From: an uncultured Clostridia bacterium
Lineage (GTDB): Bacteria; Bacillota; Clostridia; Christensenellales; CAG-1252
Length of the DNA: 64,000 nucleotides
NCBI GenBank assembly: GCA_945482995.1
Contig: CALYRM010000002.1
Span: 11,355-75,354, forward strand
Reading direction: 5' to 3'
Shown in pieces: positions 39,774-46,660 of this stretch. The notes beneath the pieces are model-generated. The model had not been told where the DNA came from. It saw only the letters and a program-made list of their open reading frames with translations, and searched no databases. Every line of letters starts with the position of its first letter. The first letter of the stretch is position 1. The translations under genes and the position numbers were made by a program.

Positions 39774-40650
39774 TGTCATTTCGACCGAAGTGGAGAAATC
39801 TCATCCGCTTTGTCATTTCGACCGAAGTGGAGAAATCTAATCAAATCGTCATTCCGAGCCATCCAATTCGTCATTTCGACCGAAGTGGAGAAATCTCATC
39901 CTTGTTTGTCATTTCGACCGCAGTGGAGAAATCTCATCCTTGTTTGTCATTTCGACCGTAGTGGAGAAATCTCATCCGCTTTGTCATTCCGATCCATCCG
40001 CTTTGTCATTCCGATCCATCCAATTCGTCATTTCGACCGAAGTGGAGAAATCTAATCCTTGTTTGTCATTTCGACCGAAGTGGAGAAATCTCGTCCGCTT
40101 TGTCATTCCGATCCATCCAATTCGTCATTCCGAGCGAAGTCGAGGAATCTCATCCGCTTAGTCATTCCGAGCCATCCGTTTTGTCATTCTGACCAATACA
40201 AATGTCATTCCGAGCGCAGTCGAGGAATCTCATCCTTGTTCGTCATGTCGACCGAAGTGGAGAAATCTCCCTACTAGCACAAAAACCCTGTGAAACAGAC
40301 AAACAATCGTAATGTATAATTACACATTATTAAAAAGGTTCTATTTTTATTGAACGCTTAAGTTTTATTCACAAGAATGCTTTTGTACCCCATTTTAGAG
40401 ATCCCTCCACGTTGGTCGGGATGACTTAGCCCACCGTCATTCCGAGCCATCCAATTCGTCATTCCGAGCGAAGTGGAGAAATCTCATCCACATCGTCATT
40501 CTGAGCCATCCAATTCGTCATTCCGACCAACACAAACGTCATTTCGACCGAAGTGGAGAAATCTCATCCTTATTCCGTCATTCCGAGCAAAGTCGAGGAA
40601 TCTCATCCTTATTCCGTCATTCCGACCGAAGTCGAGGGATAACAAATTAC
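39774..40650 (+). repeat. two mosaic arrays of the same modules, separated by a ~95-bp element
   Basis: 16 modules are readable in 39774-40270 and about 8 more in 40383-40645. Inverted modules and a terminal module (ctccctactagcac) lie at the junctions. Confidence 0.9.
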
Positions 40651-40653
40651 AAT

Positions 40654-40701
40654 CAAAAAGTGGTCTGCCGTCGGGTTAACCCCAAAAACGTAGACCACTT
40701 A
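40654..40701 (-). terminator. compound hairpin with a T-run on the minus strand, downstream of the sipW operon
   Basis: aagtggtct...agaccactt outer stem with an inner GGGTTAACCC palindrome. The minus strand continues with tttttg. Confidence 0.45.
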
Positions 40702-40907
40702 TTTAGTTTTTTGGTTTTGTTTAGATTCTTAAGCGGAAGTTCCGCGTTCCCCTTACGTTTTGGAACGATAAAAAAACTCTTGTTTTATCGGTTAAAATCA
40801 AAACTTTTTTGTAAAATACAAAAGTTTTGTTACTTCTTAATAAAAACCTTAGTTATTTGACGCATTTTGCCTCAATAAGCGAGTGTATTGGAAGATTTTG
40901 CCTAAGT

Positions 40908-41408
40908 TTACGTCATTGAAACTACTGTTTGTCCCCAGCTATAATTACTAGCATTTACACAAACATATATTAACTCACCTGATGTAGGAGCAACCAAATT
41001 ATCACCAGATGCTGTAACACCACCTTCGCCATCTCCATATTTGTCTACTGCTGCGATTCCATTGCTCTTTTCAATCTGATACCATGTTATATCTCCAACT
41101 CCATTGTACCTAACGCACTTGAATTGCGTACCGGCAGGAATTTCACCATACCATTCAGCCAAATTGCCAGAGCCTTGAGGTAGAGTAGTCATTTTAATTG
41201 AATTTTCATTCACAGACCAACCACCAAGCTGTTCACCTACAATATAATAACCACCGACTTCAGGTTCCCATGAAATTATCGGCTCGGCACTAAAACTAAT
41301 TTCAAGTCGATCAGCGTTTACAACATAAAGAGCATACGCACCGCTAATTAGCGAAACGCAAATCATAAAAGTAAATATTAGGATAAATGCTTTTATAGTT
41401 TTCTTCAT
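40908..41408 (-). CDS. secreted protein with a SipW-type-looking signal peptide and a CBM-like beta-sandwich domain
   Basis: N-terminus MKKTIKAFILIFTFMICVSLISGAYALY. The domain W.PEVGGYYIVGE..GGW...FKCV..W...YVCVN..W is shared with the 42540..43400 protein. Confidence 0.55.
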   Translation of the reverse strand: MKKTIKAFILIFTFMICVSLISGAYALYVVNADRLEISFSAEPIISWEPEVGGYYIVGEQLGGWSVNENSIKMTTLPQGSGNLAEWYGEIPAGTQFKCVRYNGVGDITWYQIEKSNGIAAVDKYGDGEGGVTASGDNLVAPTSGELIYVCVNASNYSWGQTVVSMT

Positions 41409-41446
41409 TGCTCTTTATATTTTGTCCTTTATTGCAGTTATTGTTT

Positions 41447-41780
41447 TGATTAGATTCTTCGACAAGCTCAGAATGACATTAGTAGGTTAGTCGTTCTCTA
41501 CCGATTTTGTTGACTCTTCCGCTGCGTTATCGTCACAAGGATGAGATTCTTCGACAAGCTCAGAATGACTATGCAGATGAGATTTCTCCACTTCGGTCGA
41601 AATGACGATTTGATTAGATTCTTCGACAGGCTCAGAATGACAAGGCGGATTAGATTCCTCGACTTCGCTCGGAATGACATTTGGATTTAGATCCTTACGA
41701 CTACGCTTCGCTTCGCTCAGGATGACATTATGGCTCGGAATGACGATGTGGCGAGATTCTTCGGCTTCGCTCAAACTGAC
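41447..41780 (-). repeat. array of modular repeats overlapping the 3' end of sipW
   Basis: gattcttcgacaagctcagaatgac, gatttctccacttcggtcgaaatgac, gattcctcgacttcgctcggaatgac, and others. Confidence 0.85.
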
Positions 41781-42464
41781 GGTATTTGATTGGTCGGGTT
41801 CTTTTTGTGCTTCGTTTTGTTTCTTATTGGAAGTCTTAGCGGACTCGTTCTCGGGTTTCTTTTTAAGGTAATTCAATATTAGCGAAGTAATGGCTATAAT
41901 TGTCAAGCATGCAATCAATGCAATTATTCCATAACTGCTTTTGAAAAATTTGACTACTACTCCAAACTGTCCCATTGAGAAACAATAAATACCTGTGATA
42001 TCCTCTATTTTTTTTGGTGAATCACTTTTGGGTGCAGCGTCACCACGAGTAACGTACAATTTTTCGCCTGTAACTGCATCATACTTTATTTCAACCACAC
42101 GATGAATGACCGTTTCGTTTCCTATCTTAAAGGTTACTATATCATATACGTCAGGCTCTTCGCCGTCCTTTAACCGTCTTGTAAACACAAAATCATTGAT
42201 TTTAAATTGTTCGTCGTGTCCCTCTAAAAATTCCTTGTAATCTTCATATTTAAAGGACATACTTCCCGATTTAACAATCATTCCTCTATAACCAAAGAAC
42301 GGATAAATATCCTTTCCCGAAATCTTTTCTACCAAGGAAAAAATCAATACGGCAATAAAGATAACCATAATGAGATAGAATATTACATTTAGTATAATTC
42401 TACCCACACTTTTTTTCTTTTTATTTTCCGATTTTTTATTCCCGTATTGACTTTGTTTTTCCAT
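41487..42464 (-). CDS. sipW: SipW-type (archaeal/ER-type) signal peptidase I with a repeat-encoded C-terminal tail
   Basis: N-terminal TM; KSGSMSF (Ser box), VIHRVV (His box), TRGDAAPKSD; a second TM. The last ~90 aa are translated from repeat modules. Confidence 0.7.
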   Translation of the reverse strand: MEKQSQYGNKKSENKKKKSVGRIILNVIFYLIMVIFIAVLIFSLVEKISGKDIYPFFGYRGMIVKSGSMSFKYEDYKEFLEGHDEQFKINDFVFTRRLKDGEEPDVYDIVTFKIGNETVIHRVVEIKYDAVTGEKLYVTRGDAAPKSDSPKKIEDITGIYCFSMGQFGVVVKFFKSSYGIIALIACLTIIAITSLILNYLKKKPENESAKTSNKKQNEAQKEPDQSNTVSLSEAEESRHIVIPSHNVILSEAKRSRKDLNPNVIPSEVEESNPPCHSEPVEESNQIVISTEVEKSHLHSHSELVEESHPCDDNAAEESTKSVEND

Positions 42465-42484
42465 TTTCTTTAAAATAAGTGGTT

Positions 42485-42510
42485 TACGGTCGGGTTTTAC
42501 CCCGACCGTA
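42485..42510 (-). promoter_or_regulatory. intercistronic GC-rich hairpin between the 286-aa gene and sipW
   Basis: tacggtcggg-ttttac-cccgaccgta, a perfect 10-bp stem with no clear T-run. Confidence 0.5.
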
Positions 42511-42539
42511 TCTCACAAATTGAGTTTTAGTTAGTTTGA

Positions 42540-43400
42540 TTATTTACCAATAGTGCTTACAGGTTGAATCCAAAGTTGATTATCTTTATTAACGCAAATG
42601 AAATAATCATCGTCAGCGTTTGGTGATATATTGTTTCGATCTTCAGGAAGTATCGTAACACCCTTTGATTTTGGATCAAATGTTGCAGCATCCCAATTGA
42701 TTCCCCCATCTCTTGTCCACTGAACAACTTTAAACTTTTCGCCTTGCTTCAAATGAACGCTTTCAATGGCAGCTTTGTCAGTTTCACCTGATGACATCTT
42801 TTTATCAAGCAAAATCGCATCTTTATTTACACCCCAAGCAGAATGTTCACCTACGATATAATAGCCACCCTCTACAGGTGCCCAATCAATAGCTTCCCAA
42901 GTAACTGAAATGCTTGCAGATTTATTGGAATTTTGTGCAAACGTAGCATCGCCTGCATCAACTAAAGTTGCTGTTAGAGTAAGAACTTCTGGTAATTGAT
43001 CTAACGGCAAAGTCAACGAAATTACATAGTTTGAAGCGTTAAGATTTTTTGGTGTTTCACCATCTAAATAACTAGCTGTTAATAAAATAGCATCTTTTAG
43101 TGCTCCATCAAGTGTAACCGTCAATTGACCACTCAAACCTGCCAATGCCTCGGTATTGGGAGTATTAACGTTAAGGGTGATTTCTTGAGTTGCTGTTGGT
43201 GTAGCAGGAGACAATTTAGCACCATTAAAATTAAGTTTTCCTGTACTTCCACCAACTGATGTCGTCAAGGTAACTGCTTGTTCGCTACCGAAAGTAATCT
43301 CAAGCTTCTCAGCGTCTTTATGATAAAGTGCGAAACAACCGCCTACTACTGCAAGACAAAGTATAACCGATAAAATAATAACAATCAATTTCTTAGTCAT
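42540..43400 (-). CDS. secreted protein: Ig-like N-terminal half plus a CBM-like C-terminal domain
   Basis: N-terminus MTKKLIVIILSVILCLAVVGGCFALY. The C-terminal domain is homologous to the 40908..41408 protein. Confidence 0.55.
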   Translation of the reverse strand: MTKKLIVIILSVILCLAVVGGCFALYHKDAEKLEITFGSEQAVTLTTSVGGSTGKLNFNGAKLSPATPTATQEITLNVNTPNTEALAGLSGQLTVTLDGALKDAILLTASYLDGETPKNLNASNYVISLTLPLDQLPEVLTLTATLVDAGDATFAQNSNKSASISVTWEAIDWAPVEGGYYIVGEHSAWGVNKDAILLDKKMSSGETDKAAIESVHLKQGEKFKVVQWTRDGGINWDAATFDPKSKGVTILPEDRNNISPNADDDYFICVNKDNQLWIQPVSTIGK

Positions 43401-43415
43401 AGTTCACCTCCACGA

Positions 43416-43922
43416 TTAAGCAGCCTTAGCAAACGTACATGTTAATATGCCGTTTGTTGCGTTTACTTGTTGTTCTGTTGCATCTGCACTGAGTAATAAT
43501 TTAACATAAACCGTTTGACCTGCTGTGATTCCTGTCATTGTGATAGTTTTGCCAGAAACGGCTACGCCTTCAATTGGAGTATTACCTTCACGATCGGAAC
43601 AAAGAGTAATTGTTACGTTTTCGATGCTTTTACCCTCACCATTTGCTCTTGCATCGATTGTCAATGTAGCTGTGCCCCAATTTGGTGTACCTTCAGCACC
43701 CGTTTGGTTAGACTCAACGCCCAATACAATAGGAAGAACTTGAGCAACACCTTTAGTTAAAGTGATTGCCGTACCTCTTGAAGAGTTCATTGTCAAATAC
43801 AAGTATGTATCTGTACCAATAGAACCATTTTGTTCAGGTGCATCATAAACTGCGATTGCCAATACCGAACCGATAACTGCAACACAGAGAACCATGCAAA
43901 TTAATACAATAAGTTTTTTCAT
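43416..43922 (-). CDS. small secreted beta-rich protein (candidate major subunit or first gene of the sipW operon)
   Basis: N-terminus MKKLIVLICMVLCVAVIGSVLAIAVY. Thr/Gly/Ala-rich beta-strand pattern. RBS ggaggt upstream. Confidence 0.55.
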   Translation of the reverse strand: MKKLIVLICMVLCVAVIGSVLAIAVYDAPEQNGSIGTDTYLYLTMNSSRGTAITLTKGVAQVLPIVLGVESNQTGAEGTPNWGTATLTIDARANGEGKSIENVTITLCSDREGNTPIEGVAVSGKTITMTGITAGQTVYVKLLLSADATEQQVNATNGILTCTFAKAA

Positions 43923-44172
43923 TATTTAGTTCTACCTCCTAAAAATTTTATACAAATAAAAATGGTCAACAAAAAGAATGCAAAACTCTTCTTAGCTGAC
44001 AGTAATATTTTATACTCTTTCTAATTGTATAGTAAATATAAAAAATGCATTTTTAATCAAAATTTAATACTGAAACCATACAAAAGTCGGCATAATAACC
44101 TTTGACTTATGCTTGTTTGATAAGGCAAACAGTTATATTTTCGTCAATAGTAATAGCGTTATTTTGATAGAT

Positions 44173-44832
44173 TCAAAGCGTTAGTCCGAGATATTTTTCA
44201 AAATGCTCAAAAAATTCATATACTTTGGTAGCAGGGTCATTGTTTGCTGGAGTTTTTTTGTCATCAAGTAGCGATTTAGCATTTTCAACTGCTTTTAGTA
44301 GATTACCGCCTTTTGCTAAAACTTTATCAAAAATATCTTTATCATTTTTTTCATAATGCTCCTGCAAATATTTTTTAAGTTTTTGTATGTACGCTTTCCG
44401 ACTTATTGAGGCTGTTAAATTAATAAAATTCAATAAGAGCCACAACTCGAAACATTGATTTGACCATAGTGCATGATATTTCGTTTGTTCGTTAGTCGTA
44501 TTCTGAATCTTATTTATCGCATTATTAAAATTTTCATGCGAAAAATCATCTTTATCAAACAGGACCCACACATGGTCTATTTTGCAGTTATTTTTCTTTT
44601 CGATAGTTCGCGTCTTAACTAAAACATTGTTTGCCATAGTCATTGGATCGACAGCATCTACTTCGATATAAAATTTTAAAAGCATATTTTTTTCTTGGTT
44701 TTTGAAAAATTTTACAACCCCGTCAAAATAGTTCTTTTCTGTTTCTGCACCACAACAGACAATAAGATGACTTGTTGCAATAGGAATTTTTGCAGAGCTT
44801 CTGTCTCCGTACCAATTCTTTCCCTTGCCCAT
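44173..44832 (-). CDS. RloB-like protein (AbiLii-like, TOPRIM-related)
   Basis: HLIVCCGAETEKNYF matches the RloB signature ivcEGekTEpnYF. Starts 3 nt after the AAA gene's stop. Confidence 0.7.
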   Translation of the reverse strand: MGKGKNWYGDRSSAKIPIATSHLIVCCGAETEKNYFDGVVKFFKNQEKNMLLKFYIEVDAVDPMTMANNVLVKTRTIEKKNNCKIDHVWVLFDKDDFSHENFNNAINKIQNTTNEQTKYHALWSNQCFELWLLLNFINLTASISRKAYIQKLKKYLQEHYEKNDKDIFDKVLAKGGNLLKAVENAKSLLDDKKTPANNDPATKVYEFFEHFEKYLGLTL

Positions 44833-44835
44833 AAC

Positions 44836-46077
44836 CTAAATCTCCCAATGCTTGATTTTAATTAAATAGGGGTCAGCACCATAGCGACCTTCAATATATT
44901 GTTTGTTGTACGCAGCATCATTACGCACAAGTTCACCAGACTCTGTACGAATATCTATAAGCGAATAAAAAACAGAATACTCTTTTTCACACATTGCCAT
45001 AAACCAAATTTCATCACGTCTAAACACATCTCTTGTCATAGTCGTTAAATCGTGAGAGGTAAAAATTAGTTGTGCGCCTTTTGTATTTGTAACCTTGTTT
45101 GTAAATAACTCTATGATAAACTTTAACAATTGCGGGTGCATTTTTGCGTCAAGTTCATCTATTATAACTGTTCGACCTTCAGCCAAGGCAACAACAAATA
45201 CCGGTAGAAGTCCGAAAACCTTTTTTGTACCATTTGACTCTTCACGTAAATCTAACTCATATGATAAACCGCCTACTTTATGTTTTGTTGTTATTTTAAT
45301 TGCACTCTGGTTAGGTTTTACGTCAACCTTTTCCGCACGATAAGACACTATATTTAAGTCCATACGACGTAACAAATCAAGCGTCATCTCCTTTATTTTA
45401 TTTGAGCGTGCATCATTTTCCAATTCTAATTGCAAAATAAAACTGAGCAATAATTCATCTTGAAAGGGTACATTGTAATCTACGCAAAATGTAGACATAA
45501 ACCAATGAATAAGCTTTGAGATTTGTTCAACCTTATAAACCATTCCTATCCAAGACAAAACCGGCATACCATCTGCGATATTTCCGGCGAGCTTAACTTC
45601 ACTTTTTATACTATCGCCTAAAACAATGTCACTGCCTTGTCGAGTAAAGATTTCCGTTATTCTCTGTTTACCAACTTTTCTGATATATAGCGATTCATCA
45701 ACGATTTTGTTATTTAATATAGTAATATAGTATTTATATTCTATTTCGTCAATTTCAACGAAAATTTCAAATTCGGTTGGCATATTAGCACACTCTGAAT
45801 CGAATTTAAAAGGAACGATGTTAACACCTACAACAGGTTCAATCTGATTCATTTCACCAACAACATTAAAATAACGAGATATCAAAACTTTTAATGCGAA
45901 AAGAGCTTTTAATAATGTACTTTTTCCACCACCATTAGGTCCGTAAATAGCGGCAATAGGCAACAATCTATTATCTATAAGAGATTCTTTATGTTCCGAT
46001 AAAGCAATCGAGCGCATATCAAGTGTTGCTTTCTCTTTAATACACTGGAAATTTGTTACAGAAAATTGTACAAGCAT
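44836..46077 (-). CDS. AAA_21/COG1106-type ATPase (AbiLi/RloA-like)
   Basis: N-terminal FSVTNFQCIK, Walker A GPNGGGKST, Walker B VIIDELDAKMHP, FTSHD. Confidence 0.75.
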   Translation of the reverse strand: MLVQFSVTNFQCIKEKATLDMRSIALSEHKESLIDNRLLPIAAIYGPNGGGKSTLLKALFALKVLISRYFNVVGEMNQIEPVVGVNIVPFKFDSECANMPTEFEIFVEIDEIEYKYYITILNNKIVDESLYIRKVGKQRITEIFTRQGSDIVLGDSIKSEVKLAGNIADGMPVLSWIGMVYKVEQISKLIHWFMSTFCVDYNVPFQDELLLSFILQLELENDARSNKIKEMTLDLLRRMDLNIVSYRAEKVDVKPNQSAIKITTKHKVGGLSYELDLREESNGTKKVFGLLPVFVVALAEGRTVIIDELDAKMHPQLLKFIIELFTNKVTNTKGAQLIFTSHDLTTMTRDVFRRDEIWFMAMCEKEYSVFYSLIDIRTESGELVRNDAAYNKQYIEGRYGADPYLIKIKHWEI

Positions 46078-46239
46078 AACTCACCTCCATATTAAGTATT
46101 ACAATTATAGCCTATTTTATGCCTAAAATCAATATTTTGCGAGACTTTTTCTCGTAAATTAATGATTTTTCATCGACTTTTTTTAAAATTTAATGTTTTT
46201 GTGGATTTTCAATATCTATCCGACTGTTTGTATGCCTCA

Positions 46240-46660
46240 CAAAGAGTCGGTGCTAATGAGGTCCCTCGAACAACGCTTTCAGGATGACAGCAGAGCTGTC
46301 AATTCACCCTCCACGTTGGTCGGAATGACAAAGTGGATGAGATTCCTCGACTTCGTTGCACTTCGCTCGGAATGACATTTTTGGTCGGAATGACGAATTG
46401 GATGGCTCGGAATGACATTTTTGGTCGGAATGACAAAGCGGATGAGATGTCTCGACTACGCTCGACATGACAAAGCGGATGAGATGTCTCGACTTCGTTG
46501 CACAACGCTTAAGAATGACAATTAGTTGTAATGGCTGTATATCTGCTTCGCAAGAAGTCGGTGCTAGTAGGGAGATGTCTCGACTACGCTCGACATGACG
46601 GAACAAGGATAGTTCCTTTGGCTGAGCTCAGGATGACAGCCCTACAGCTGTCACTTCACC
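46240..46660 (-). repeat. composite repeat array: modules, GACAGC palindromes and terminal modules
   Basis: Runs from gagtcggtgctaatgaggtccctcgaac...aggatgacagcagagctgtcaattcaccc to ttagttgtaatggctgtatatctgc...gtgctagtagggag and ggatgacagccctacagctgtcacttcacc. Confidence 0.85.

Noticed and set aside
39774-40650. Possible CRISPR array (regular ~30-bp repeats in tandem)
   Set aside because: The intervals between repeat cores are only 5-8 nt and are themselves drawn from a few recurring tails (gcttt, ttgttt, aattc, aaatc). Module lengths alternate between 22 and 37 bp. Inverted modules occur. The same units are scattered through almost all intergenic regions. No cas genes are present in the window.
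37750-40679. ORF-track entries inside the arrays (37750..37938, 38090..38314, 39515..39961, 39810..40055, 39940..40161, 40059..40277, 40473..40679)
   Set aside because: They overlap one another in all three frames and consist only of translated repeat modules (SFRPKWRNL, VISTEVEKSH, HFDRSGEIS). They have no RBS. The openness of the frames is a by-product of modules lacking stop codons.
41498-41871. ORFs 41498..41680 (-) and 41674..41871 (+) within or antisense to the sipW tail
   Set aside because: They are alternative-frame or antisense readings of the repeat modules (for example LRLRFASLRMT) and lie inside a better-supported CDS.
46193-46606. ORFs 46193..46375, 46299..46505 and 46304..46606
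   Set aside because: Same artefact: overlapping frames made of repeat-module translations in the array between the AAA ATPase and the M1 peptidase.
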